DNA of 64,000 nt, taken from contig CBDCWC010000003.1 in assembly GCA_965223295.1 (NCBI GenBank), positions 448,001-512,000 on the forward strand, in the 5' to 3' direction. Every line of letters begins with the position of its first letter. Positions within the stretch are counted from its first letter, which is position 1. The DNA is from Nitrospirales bacterium (GTDB taxonomy: Bacteria; Nitrospirota; Nitrospiria; Nitrospirales; UBA8639). The translations under genes were made by a program, and so were the position numbers. The notes under the pieces are model-generated. The model was not told the DNA's origin. It saw nothing but the letters and a program-made list of their open reading frames with translations, and searched no databases. Of the stretch, positions 30,910 to 41,000 are shown piece by piece.

Positions 30910-31380
30910 TCATTTTTTTGAAAGAGCCAGCCCATTGACACATTTCCATTCTTCCGGTCGAACGGGCTGAACAGAAAGCCGAGAACCCTTTCGAAGCAAT
31001 TCCATCTTTGCCAGTGCTTTAACGGTTCGCAAATATTCCAAGGTGAGCGGTTGGGAAAACATCTTGACCAGTTTAATATCGACCAAGAACCATCGTGGGG
31101 CATCGGCTGAACTTTTTGGATCATAATACCGGCTCTTTTTATCGAAAGCATAGGGATCAGGATAGGCAGTTTTAACAACCTCTACCGTTCCAACAATTGC
31201 TGGAGGGTCGGCATTACTATGATAGAAAAACCCTTTATCTCCAACCTTCATGGACTTCAAGAAATTTCTTGCTTGGTAGTTACGTACCCCTTCCCAACAA
31301 GTTGTTTGACCAGGAGATTCAGCTAAATCTTGTATGGAAAAACTTGTGGGCTCAGATTTCAACAACCAATATTGTGGCAT
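30910..31380 (-). CDS. EVE-domain protein
   Basis: YWLLKSEP, WEGVRNYQARNF, FFYHSN, YYDPKS, RLSVQPV. Confidence 0.9.
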   Translation of the reverse strand: MPQYWLLKSEPTSFSIQDLAESPGQTTCWEGVRNYQARNFLKSMKVGDKGFFYHSNADPPAIVGTVEVVKTAYPDPYAFDKKSRYYDPKSSADAPRWFLVDIKLVKMFSQPLTLEYLRTVKALAKMELLRKGSRLSVQPVRPEEWKCVNGLALSKK

Positions 31381-31490
31381 GAGGCACCTGATGTTCGTGA
31401 ATGACACACAACTGAATTCTGTACAGCAAGACTCCGACAAAGATTATAGAATCCCACTCCTATGGAGTACAATCACCATTCATCATTTAT

Positions 31491-31644
31491 GGGAGTGTTG
31501 AATAGTGAAGATATCAAGGGCCATATTTCGTCAGGAAGCTATTCGCTATCAGCAGCATTGGGTCTGTTCAAAAAGTCCGCCCGCCTGTACGAATCCCTCT
31601 GGCGAAGGCAGGGAACGCTGCTGGCGGCTTTTTTCAACAGACCC
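31491..31644 (+). repeat. MITE-like element copy 7 (alternative core)
   Basis: GGGAGTGTTGAATAG...GGGTCTGTTCAAAAA...TTTTTCAACAGACCC flanked by ATTTAT on both sides. Confidence 0.88.
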
Positions 31645-31699
31645 ATTTATCATTTCTAGCCGGAGTTCCAACTACTCAGGCTGGTTCTAGACAATATCC

Positions 31700-32125
31700 A
31701 TGATTGATCAATTCATCACATTTGTAGACACCTGGGTTTCCCAAGAAGTATGGGTCGGGCTCATCGCCTTTTCAGTCATCGCCTTTGTGGGAACGTTGAT
31801 TGCCATTCCGGCCATCCTGATTCGTTTACCGCCGGACTATTTTCAAAACCACCACCATAAGCCCTGGTTTGCCAACCATCATCCTATCGTTCGCTTTTTG
31901 GGACTTTTGGCCAAAAATGTGGCAGGAATTATTTTTCTGTTGGCAGGCATTGCCATGTTATTTCTGCCAGGACAAGGCCTATTAACCATGCTCTTGGGCA
32001 TTCTCTTTATTGATTTTCCCGGGAAACATCACATGGAAAAAAAGTTAATCCGGCATCCTAAAATTCTCTCGGCCATCAATTCATTTAGAGAGAAAGCGGG
32101 CAAGCTACCCTTTACCTTTGATTAA
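31700..32125 (+). CDS. PGPGW-like membrane protein
   Basis: LP.DYF, KN..G, GIAMLFLPGQGLLT, DFPGK. Confidence 0.75.
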   Translation: MIDQFITFVDTWVSQEVWVGLIAFSVIAFVGTLIAIPAILIRLPPDYFQNHHHKPWFANHHPIVRFLGLLAKNVAGIIFLLAGIAMLFLPGQGLLTMLLGILFIDFPGKHHMEKKLIRHPKILSAINSFREKAGKLPFTFD

Positions 32126-32209
32126 GTCGCTGCATACGCCTTTTCCTGTTTACTCATTGCGCCTCAACCAGTTTACTCCTTAACAGACCATTGTTAGGAT
32201 GATTTCCCA

Positions 32210-34159
32210 ATGACCATGCTGCATAAATTCGGCTGGGCCGTGTTGGCAATTCTGTGCGCATTCGCCTTCGCCCATGTCGTCGGTATTCTCAATCCGGAAG
32301 AAAAAGTGAATGGCTTGTGGCTGGTCGTTGCCGCCTCATGCTTTTATGTCTTGGCCTACCGGTTTTACGGCCGGTTCCTTGCACACCGCGTGATGAGTTT
32401 AGACGACCGCCGTCGCACGCCAGCCTATCGCCTTGAAGACGGCACCAATTTTTACCCCGCTAACAAATATATTCTATTTGGGCATCATTTTGCCGCCATT
32501 GCCGGAGCCGGTCCGTTGTTGGGTCCAGTCCTGGCCTCACAGTTTGGATTTCTTCCAGGTTTTTTATGGATTGTCATCGGCGCTGTCTTGGCTGGGGCCG
32601 TTCAAGACTTCATCGTTCTGGTGGCATCCATGCGTCGAAATGGACGCTCGCTTCCTGAAATTGCCCATGCGGAATTGGGTCCCATTACGGGGTTAGCTAC
32701 AGCCATTGCAGTCCTGTTTATCGTCATTGTCGCATTAGCGGGACTCGGCTTAGCTGTCGTGAACGCCCTCTACGATAATGCCTGGGGCACGTTTACGATT
32801 GCCATGACGATTCCGATCGCCATTCTGATGGGTCTGTATCTCCAAAAATTTCGCCCTGGGCAAGTTGGAGAAATGACAGTGATCGGCTTAGTCCTCCTCA
32901 TAATTGCCATCATCTTTGGACGAACAGTCGCACAATCAGAATGGGCTGAATGGTTTCTGTGGGACCGCATGACATTGACATGGGCCCTTGCCACCTATGG
33001 ATTCTTGGCTTCCGTCTTTCCCGTGTGGATCCTTTTAGTCCCCAGGGATTACTTGTCCACTTTTATGAAACTGGGAGTGATTGCACTATTAGGAATCGGG
33101 GTCATTCTTTTAGCCCCGACGATTGAAATGCCCAGAACGACTGAATTTATCAATGGCAATGGCCCCATCATTCCGGGCACCTTGTTTCCATTTCTGTTTA
33201 TTACTATCGCCTGCGGAGCGATCTCTGGCTTTCATTCACTCGTGTCATCAGGAACAACGCCAAAGCTCATCGGCCAAGAATCCCAAGCCATCGTCGGCTA
33301 TGGCGCCATGCTCTTAGAAAGCTTCGTCGGGGTGATCGCTCTCATCGCAGCATGTCTCTTGGTGCCAGGAGACTATTTCGCCATCAACACCCACCTCTCG
33401 GTAGAAACCTTAGAGACCATGGGATTTCCTACAGCCCATATTCAAGAGCTCTCAAGGATGGTGGAAGTTGATGTGTCGGGACGGCCAGGCGGCGCGGTTT
33501 CGCTGGCCGTCGGCATGGCCTCGATTTTTGCAGGACTTCCCGGCATGTCCGGCCTGATGGCATACTGGTATCAATTTGCCTTGCTTTTTGAAGCCCTGTT
33601 CATTCTTACCACGATTGATGCCGGCACACGAGTCGCTCGCTATCTCGTTCAGGAGCTGGGAGGACGAGCCTATGCGCCTTTAAAACAAATCAATTGGTGG
33701 CCTGGTGTGCTGGGAACCAGCTTCGTGGTCGTGGGAGCTTGGGGCTATCTCATTGGAACAGGAAGTATTGCCACGGTATGGCCAATGTTTGGGGCCGCGA
33801 ATCAATTATTAGGCATGTTGGCTCTTTGTATTGCCACCACGGTGCTGATTAAAATGCAAAAAACATCGTATCTCTGGGTTACCATTCTTCCAATGATATT
33901 TGTGGGCGTGATCACACTGGCTGGTTGCTATGAATTGTTTTTCTTGTTTATGAGCCGCGCTACGTCAGGTGACAGTGCCCAAACCTTGACGATGGGCATT
34001 AATGCAACGTTAGTAGGAGTGGTGGCTCTTTTGGCCATCATTGTCCTCATCGATAGTGCCCGAAAATGGTATGGCTATCTGATCCAAAAACACCCGCTGA
34101 ACAGTACCGAAATTTTTGACGGTGAAGGAATCAACATCCCCGCTGGACCATGTTGCTAA
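32210..34159 (+). CDS. cstA: Carbon starvation protein A family transporter
   Basis: GHHFAAIAGAGPLLGP, LLVPRDYLS, ITIACGAISGFH, LTTIDAGTR, WPMFGAANQL. Confidence 0.92.
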   Translation: MTMLHKFGWAVLAILCAFAFAHVVGILNPEEKVNGLWLVVAASCFYVLAYRFYGRFLAHRVMSLDDRRRTPAYRLEDGTNFYPANKYILFGHHFAAIAGAGPLLGPVLASQFGFLPGFLWIVIGAVLAGAVQDFIVLVASMRRNGRSLPEIAHAELGPITGLATAIAVLFIVIVALAGLGLAVVNALYDNAWGTFTIAMTIPIAILMGLYLQKFRPGQVGEMTVIGLVLLIIAIIFGRTVAQSEWAEWFLWDRMTLTWALATYGFLASVFPVWILLVPRDYLSTFMKLGVIALLGIGVILLAPTIEMPRTTEFINGNGPIIPGTLFPFLFITIACGAISGFHSLVSSGTTPKLIGQESQAIVGYGAMLLESFVGVIALIAACLLVPGDYFAINTHLSVETLETMGFPTAHIQELSRMVEVDVSGRPGGAVSLAVGMASIFAGLPGMSGLMAYWYQFALLFEALFILTTIDAGTRVARYLVQELGGRAYAPLKQINWWPGVLGTSFVVVGAWGYLIGTGSIATVWPMFGAANQLLGMLALCIATTVLIKMQKTSYLWVTILPMIFVGVITLAGCYELFFLFMSRATSGDSAQTLTMGINATLVGVVALLAIIVLIDSARKWYGYLIQKHPLNSTEIFDGEGINIPAGPCC

Positions 34160-34198
34160 GCAAGCCATGGGCTAGCTCATGACAACGAGAGGAATGTT

Positions 34199-34696
34199 AT
34201 GGCTGACAACTATTCATTTGATGTGGTTTCACAGGTAGACATGCAAGAGATGAAAAATGTTGTGGATCAAACGTTGAAAGAAATTGGGCAACGCTACGAT
34301 TTCAAAGGTTCCAAAAGCGAGCTCACGCTCAAGGAAAAAGAAAAGGAATTGATCGTCGTATCGGATGACGACTATAAATTGAACGCCGTCTTGGATATTC
34401 TCAAAGCCAAATGCGTGAAACGGAATGTTTCACTAAAGGCGCTCACCTATGGGAAGGTCGAAGAAGCCCTAGGAGGCACGGTCCGACAACACATTACCAT
34501 TCAAAGCGGTCTACCGACGGACAAAGCCAAGGCCATCACCAAATCGATCAAGGATGCGAAGTTTAAAGCCCAAGGGCAAATCCAAGGGGAACAAGTCCGG
34601 GTGCAAAGCAAAAGCAAAGACGAGCTTCAAGCCGTCATGACCCACCTCAAAGCCCAGGACTTTGGGCTGGATCTTCAATTTGAAAATTATCGATAA
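34199..34696 (+). CDS. yajQ: YajQ-family nucleotide/cyclic-di-GMP-binding protein
   Basis: SFDVVS, RYDFKGS, QIQGEQVRV, DELQ, LQFENYR. Confidence 0.92.
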   Translation: MADNYSFDVVSQVDMQEMKNVVDQTLKEIGQRYDFKGSKSELTLKEKEKELIVVSDDDYKLNAVLDILKAKCVKRNVSLKALTYGKVEEALGGTVRQHITIQSGLPTDKAKAITKSIKDAKFKAQGQIQGEQVRVQSKSKDELQAVMTHLKAQDFGLDLQFENYR

Positions 34697-34722
34697 GGAC
34701 CGCCGCAGGTTATTCTTATCGT

Positions 34723-35421
34723 TCAGGCTTTTTCAGGGATACCTTCACACCTCTCACCTAAGTTATGTAAAGTCCGGTCTAACGCTTGTTGCGCCGCTTG
34801 TGCGCGTAAAATATCCAGCGACTCAACGCGAGACGGCCCACCTTCGCCAATGGGCGCATCCAACAATTCAAGTGTTTCTCTCGCCTCTCCGATCAACGTC
34901 ATTTCTACTCGGAAGCCTTCTAAACGCAGAACTGCTACTTCCGCAAGCGCTTGATTCTCAATGCTGATCCCGCTTAATTGCGTCATCATGCGTTCTTCAC
35001 CGAGTGTGACAGGGCTAGCATGCTCTCGACTGGAAAAGACTACGAGAACCGCATGCGAAATGCCATATTCTTGAGCATCACCAATGAGTTCTTGCTGGAT
35101 ATAGCCCTGTTGACCTGACCTTGGAACGGGTAATGGAGTAACGGAACCCACCTGGCAACGTTGAATGAGAAACTGTTCCGTTCGCCGGCTGAGTGTTTCC
35201 AGAAACTCAGAAGAAACCGCTGGAGCCGCTCCTGGCCCTGTCTCGTCAGAATGAACCATGAGCCCGATACGTTCAACGTTGGGCCAGGCGGAATCCCGTG
35301 AAAGCTCTGTATCGATCTGTACGCCCAAGAGCGTATGTAGGCGGAGCTGTGGTCCATCTGCACACCCCACTATAAGCAGCAGGAAAAGCCATACCCCCAT
35401 CCTCAAAAAGATAGCTTTCAC
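34723..35421 (-). CDS. Hypothetical lipoprotein
   Basis: Lipobox IVGC after a hydrophobic leader; 232-aa ORF. Confidence 0.7.
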   Translation of the reverse strand: MKAIFLRMGVWLFLLLIVGCADGPQLRLHTLLGVQIDTELSRDSAWPNVERIGLMVHSDETGPGAAPAVSSEFLETLSRRTEQFLIQRCQVGSVTPLPVPRSGQQGYIQQELIGDAQEYGISHAVLVVFSSREHASPVTLGEERMMTQLSGISIENQALAEVAVLRLEGFRVEMTLIGEARETLELLDAPIGEGGPSRVESLDILRAQAAQQALDRTLHNLGERCEGIPEKA

Positions 35422-35422
35422 G

Positions 35423-36196
35423 TCAAGAAGCCCCGACCTTCGTCCACGCCTCCTCTAAATGCATCACCGCTTGTTCAATCGCATCATGTCCAGAGACCCA
35501 ACGCAAGGTTTCAAACGCATCCTCTTCCGAGTTGGGATAAATAGGCGGTTGGGTTTGCGGGCGCCGTACGACCGGATAGACATTTGATTCTAATGGAACC
35601 GCCAACCGTTCCAATGTGGCCCAGGCCTGCCCATCGGAGGTTACGACAGGTTGACCCGTTTTCCCATCGATTAACGCCAGTTCAAGCCTAGCATAATTTT
35701 CTGCCCGGTATCCGACTAACCCGCCACCTCGTAACCCTGTGGGTTGCTGAAAGCCACCTAGCGGAAGCCGGTCTGCAACCTCCCATTCCGAACTGGAAAG
35801 AACAGCAAACAAGAGAAAGGGCGCATGCTCTTCTTTTGCCAGTTGAACAAATGGATCACGAACACCATTCGTCTGAGAGGGATCAAGGTAAATAATCGAA
35901 GACACATCCATGGGCACCTGTTTTTGAATCTCAGCCTGTAGGTAAGCTCCAAGAGACTGAAGCGTGGCTTCCTGTAATCCTGGAGCTGACTTCTCAAATC
36001 CCGTGTCATTCATTACAACGAGAGCAGCGGTCACATCTTCATTCGCAAGAAGAGTTTCTAATCCTGCCATTTCCCCTTCCACAGGAACTTGGGAAAGATA
36101 TGCTGGCAAACGTTTGGGAGAGTTTTCAATGGAACAGGCACTACACAAACATGCGACAAACAGTCCGAACGTCAGGAAAGTAGAACGCCACATCAT
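35423..36196 (-). CDS. Hypothetical lipoprotein
   Basis: Lipobox CSAC; strong RBS GGAGGTG; 257 aa. Confidence 0.72.
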   Translation of the reverse strand: MMWRSTFLTFGLFVACLCSACSIENSPKRLPAYLSQVPVEGEMAGLETLLANEDVTAALVVMNDTGFEKSAPGLQEATLQSLGAYLQAEIQKQVPMDVSSIIYLDPSQTNGVRDPFVQLAKEEHAPFLLFAVLSSSEWEVADRLPLGGFQQPTGLRGGGLVGYRAENYARLELALIDGKTGQPVVTSDGQAWATLERLAVPLESNVYPVVRRPQTQPPIYPNSEEDAFETLRWVSGHDAIEQAVMHLEEAWTKVGAS

Positions 36197-36320
36197 GTCA
36201 CCTCCATTTTGTTAGGATAAGGTGAAGGTTAAAAGTAAATTGTCTCCCCTAACATGACTGCTGGTCAAGACAAGTACCATTCATGATGTAGGACATGATC
36301 CTCAATATGATATCCATTGA

Positions 36321-36510
36321 GGAACTGTTGGATAATTCAATTTCAAGCTACGAAAAGACCTTCAGAGCTATGGTGATTTCAATTCAACGGGAATGGTCAA
36401 AAGAGTCCGTCCAGCAAGGCCACAGCCATTGTTGCGCGCGGAGCGTACTGGCAGTACGTGAGCACGCAAAAATGGCGAGAACGTCGCTGGCGGATTTTTT
36501 CACCATTCCC
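36321..36510 (+). repeat. MITE-like element copy 8 (variant left module)
   Basis: GGAACTGTTGGATAATTCAATTTCAAG...GGGAATGGTCAAAA...TTTTTCACCATTCCC flanked by ATTGA on both sides. Confidence 0.9.
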
Positions 36511-36556
36511 ATTGACGAAACTTGCAACTCATTGGACCATGGGGTAGGCTAGCGCT

Positions 36557-37609
36557 GTGTGCCTTAAGCTGAAACATGGCCTCACAGGCAGCTTGTTAGC
36601 CATCCTCTTCCTAACCTCGACAGCCTGTGACAAAATTTCACTTCCGCGACTAGGTTTCGAAGACAAACCCGAACCTCGCCTCCCCGTGGCCGTTACCTAT
36701 GCCTTTGCACCTAACCTCGTAGGCTATACCCACACAGTTGATGCCTGTGGCTTACCCCATACGATTCCTGTAGGTGAAATTATTACCAACACCTTCATGC
36801 AAGTGGGACAAGAACGGTTCAATGGTGTTCGAGCCGAACCTCCCGTTGGCCAGGCGCAAGGAGCCACGTTAGACGGCTATCGGGTGCTCGTGGAATTCAA
36901 TCTATTTGGGTTTGACCCGATTACTGGAAGCAGCCAAGAAGACCGTTATGACGCCAGAGTTGATCTTGAACTCCTGGCTGTATACGAAGATAGTGAGGGA
37001 AGGACGTTAGCCAAAACTCCTTTGACCTATCACGATACTGCCAGTCTCTGGATTCCGGCTCTCACCAGTCAATCCTCTTCTTGCTCCACGGGCGCTATTG
37101 ATGGAGCCGTGGAAGACGCTGCGGAAACCTTGGCTAAAGAGATGGCGAGCGTGATGCCACAACTCACCCGAGCTACACAAACCAACCTATCTCCCCCATT
37201 AGGTTCAGTGACTCAAGCTCCCGTTTCCCGGCCACCGGCCACCGAACCTGCCGTCCAATACCGCACAAAACTCGTGGATGCCAATCGCAATTTAGTCTTA
37301 GAATCTGGCGAAGCGGTCGTCTTATTTGTCGAGATTACAAATATCAGCGAGAACGACATTCCTTCAGCCTACGTTGAGCTTCGAGGAACACCTCTCTTAG
37401 TTGACGCCTTCAAACGAGTAGCCCCACTCCCCGTTCCACTAGGTTCCCTCAAGACAGGTGAAAAACGCACCACTGAAATTCGTGGACGTCTGGGGTCCGT
37501 TTCGAGAACTGCGCAAGGGGAATTAATCATTGGAATCATTCTTTCAGAAGGCTTGCCCCCAGGAACCCATAGCATCCGCACCGAGATCCAGCCTACGATT
37601 TCGCCATAG
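36557..37609 (+). CDS. Hypothetical lipoprotein with probable Ig-like C-terminal domain
   Basis: Leader ending STAC; Pro-rich linker; DANRN..LESGE..V..VEITN Ig/CARDB-like start. Confidence 0.7.
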   Translation: MCLKLKHGLTGSLLAILFLTSTACDKISLPRLGFEDKPEPRLPVAVTYAFAPNLVGYTHTVDACGLPHTIPVGEIITNTFMQVGQERFNGVRAEPPVGQAQGATLDGYRVLVEFNLFGFDPITGSSQEDRYDARVDLELLAVYEDSEGRTLAKTPLTYHDTASLWIPALTSQSSSCSTGAIDGAVEDAAETLAKEMASVMPQLTRATQTNLSPPLGSVTQAPVSRPPATEPAVQYRTKLVDANRNLVLESGEAVVLFVEITNISENDIPSAYVELRGTPLLVDAFKRVAPLPVPLGSLKTGEKRTTEIRGRLGSVSRTAQGELIIGIILSEGLPPGTHSIRTEIQPTISP

Positions 37610-37701
37610 TCATACTCTTGGTTTTTCGCTTTAGACTCACTTCTTGATTAAGAAGCCTAGAGTTCCTTTTCGCCATCATCAATTTCAAGATGAACCAATA
37701 C

Positions 37702-37903
37702 GAGCCTGTTGAAAAAAGCCGTCAGCGGCGTTCTCCCCATTGTTTCGTGCTCACGTAGGACCAGTATGCTCCGCGTGCGCAAATGACTGTGGCCTTCCCT
37801 TCGCAGACTCAGGGCTGGATTTTTGAACCGACCCGAGTTTATGGATTGCAAAGGACTTCCTGGTGAAAGATGGTCTTTGATATCTCCATGATTCAACACT
37901 CCC
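37702..37903 (-). repeat. MITE-like element copy 9 (with nested CCCTTCGCAGACTCAGG cassette)
   Basis: GAGCCTGTTGAAAAAA...GATTCAACACTCCC; no matching flanks. Confidence 0.88.
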
Positions 37904-37948
37904 TTGTTGAGTTTTCGAGATGAGGTTAACAAGAATACATTGGTAAAA

Positions 37949-38072
37949 TTCTTCACATTTCCACAAGATGTGGATGGTGTGGATAACTATATCCATGCAT
38001 TTTGTATAAATTTTTGCCCTAACCAATACTTTGTGTTAGAAAAGAACGTTGCCCTCATGACCATTATCCACC
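37949..38072. promoter_or_regulatory. DnaA-box cluster upstream of smc
   Basis: Perfect TGTGGATAA (37978) plus one-mismatch boxes at 37949, 37957, 38001 and 38064. Confidence 0.55.
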
Positions 38073-38089
38073 TCTGTTGAGGAGAGCCT

Positions 38090-41000
38090 ATGAACTTGCG
38101 AACCCTTGTGGTGAACGGGTTTAAATCATTTGCGGAAACGAAGGTTGATTTTCCAAATGGCATTACTGCCGTGGTTGGACCAAATGGGACCGGCAAAAGC
38201 AATATCGTGGATGCCATTTTGTGGGCTATGGGTGAGCAAAGCGCGAAGAGCTTGCGTAGCGAGCGTATGGAAGACGTCATTTTTAATGGTACCGAACAAC
38301 GAAAGCCGATGGGCATGGTGGAAGCCTCATTGGTCTTTTCCGATGTCACGCCTCAAGAGTTGGAGCCCGTTTCGGCCTTAGTCGAAGGGCTGGAACAGAC
38401 GACGGATGTGATGATTACGCGCCGACTCTATCGCGACGGAGACAGCGAATATTATTTCAACAAGATCTCCTGCCGGCTGAAAGATATTCGGGGGTTCTTG
38501 TGGAATGCCCGGGCTGGTACCCGCGGGCAGTCGGTGATTGAACAAGGCAATATTGAACAATTACTAAGTGCTTCGCCACAGGAACGCCGCGAGTTTATCG
38601 AAGGCACGGCAGGCATTATCCGCTATAAAAAACAAAAGGCGGAAGCGTTACGCAAACTACAAAGTACCGAAAATAATCTGCTGCGGGTTCGCGACATTTT
38701 GGGGGAAGTGCATCAGCAACTCCGCGTTCTGACCCGACAGGCCAAACAGGCAGAAGACTATCAGGCTCTGCTTCAAGAATCGCGAGACCTAGAAGTGCGG
38801 TTACTCACCTGGGATTTTCAACGTTTTTTTCAAGAGCATCGTGAAGTTGAGAAGGAGCTAGCCGATTCGGAAAATCAGGAAATGGCCTGTGTGGCCGACG
38901 AAGTTCGCTTAACGGCCGAGCAACAGGAAGTACAGCTTCGCTTGACTGCAGTTAATGATTCTCTTCAGCAGGCGCAAGAGGAATTTCGAGAGATTGAACA
39001 ACGCATGTCTCAAGCCTTTACTGAAATTCAGATCGAACGCACCCGGCTCGAGCAATATGAGCACACACACGAACAGATTTTGGAGGAACGCACGCGCATT
39101 CATGACACAGGGCAAGAGGCAGTCGGTCTGCTCGAAGCCCTGCGCGAACGGATGGCTCAAACCCGTGAAGAAATTGAGGTATCGTCGGCTTCGATAGCTG
39201 AAGGAGAAGAAAACCTGGCGACGATCACCGCTCGCCGCCGAGACATGGAGGAGAAGGTTGATCATGGGCGAGAGGCGATACTGGCTGTGGCCGTGGAACA
39301 AACGAATGTCGAGAATCGTCTTCGAAGTCTAGGAGAAGGGCAGAGTACGACAGGACGTCGAGTGGACCGTGTCGTGGCTGACCTTATGCAATCTCAAGTA
39401 GCTCAGACTGCATTGCAAAGTGAACATGAAACACTCCAAGAACAACGTTCCACATTGGAGAGCCAATTAGCAGACTTACGCACTCAGCAAGAGCAATTAG
39501 AAGTGAGCTTGCAAAGTCATCGGGAAACTCGCGAAGAATTGGATGGAGTCATTCGAGAACTGCAGACTCAGTCCGCTGGCACAGAATCTGAGCTGAAGGC
39601 TCTTCAAGGGATCTTTCGTGAGGAATTGGGGTACGGACAAAGTGGGGACAGTGCAGAAACGTCCATTCGAGAGCAATGCACCTCCATCCAAGCAGCCTTA
39701 GCTGAACGCATGGACGTTCCGGAAGATATGGAACAAGCGGTGGAAGCCGCCCTCGGCTCGCAGCTGCAAGCTTGGATTGTTGCTTCACCTCAAGAGGCTC
39801 AAGAATCCATTGCACAATTTCAGCAACATGAATGGGGAAAAGGGTGTTTTCTCCCCTTACAGATTCCTCGCGCCGATACGGCAAGCGATCCAGTGTGGTG
39901 GGCGACATTGGAGTCAGACCCCTCAGTGAAAGGCCTAGCCAGAAAATTTGTGCATGCACCAGCTGAAGTGACACCCATCGTGGATAGACTGTTACGAAAT
40001 ACAGTCATTGTTGAGACATTAGCAAATGCGATGGCATTAATGGACAAACATGAGTGGTTTCAGGGAGATGGTCCTTGTTTTGTGACCTTGACGGGAGAAA
40101 CCGTGTCTTCCCTGGGCGTGATCAATGGAGGGTCCATGGGTGAATCTGGAGGCCTTTTGCATCGCCGCAGGGAAATTTTGGCATTAGAGGAAAAGTCCCA
40201 AGATCTCCGAAATGACTTACTCCAGGAAAAAGAGACACATAAAGCATTGTGCCAAAACATTGAAACTATTGCCGCTCAATTTGAAGAGGCGGTCAGTTCT
40301 ATTCGTACCCTGGAGATGCAGGCCCTCACGGTGCAAAAAGAAGAAATGTCCAAAGAACAGGCGCTACCTGAACTGCTGCGTCGCCTAGAAAGTCTGCAAC
40401 TCGAGCGTGAGATGGAAGAGACAGAATTAGCACGGCTACAAAGTGAAGAAACGGAGGCAAGGCATCAACGTGAAGCGCTTGAACACCGTCGAGCTGAAGA
40501 GCAAGCCATCCTGAGCCAGGCACAAGCATCACTTCGTGAACTTGATGAAGAACAAGAAGGTATCACCTCCCGCCTCAATGACCTGAAGATGAAGCATCAC
40601 ACGCTGAATGCTCAATGGAACCATGAACACAGCAATCAAGAACGATTAGAGCAGGAAGCTGAACAGCGAAACGTGCGCGTTCAAGAAATCGATCAACAGC
40701 TAGAGCAGTTGTTTTTGCAAAGTCGAACCAGCCAAGAGGCTCGATTCAAGAATGAAGCCGTGATTGAAGATTGTGGCACTCAGAAAGAATCAAAAGAAGG
40801 ACAATTGCGTGATCTTCAGAATCAGCATACCGAATGTCTGGAAGAAGTTAAACGGCTGGATTCATTGATCGGACAGGCCAGAGAAACACTTGCGCACATT
40901 TTTAAGTCACGCGTGCCGATTGAAGGTCATTTGGCTGAAATGCGAACAAAACTTCAGGCTGTGGAGGAAACCCTGGCTCAGACCTATGACATATCCATCA

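Noticed and set aside
37949-38072. Replication origin
   Set aside because: No dnaA, dnaN or gidA neighbours and no clear unwinding-element repeats; kept only as a DnaA-box cluster
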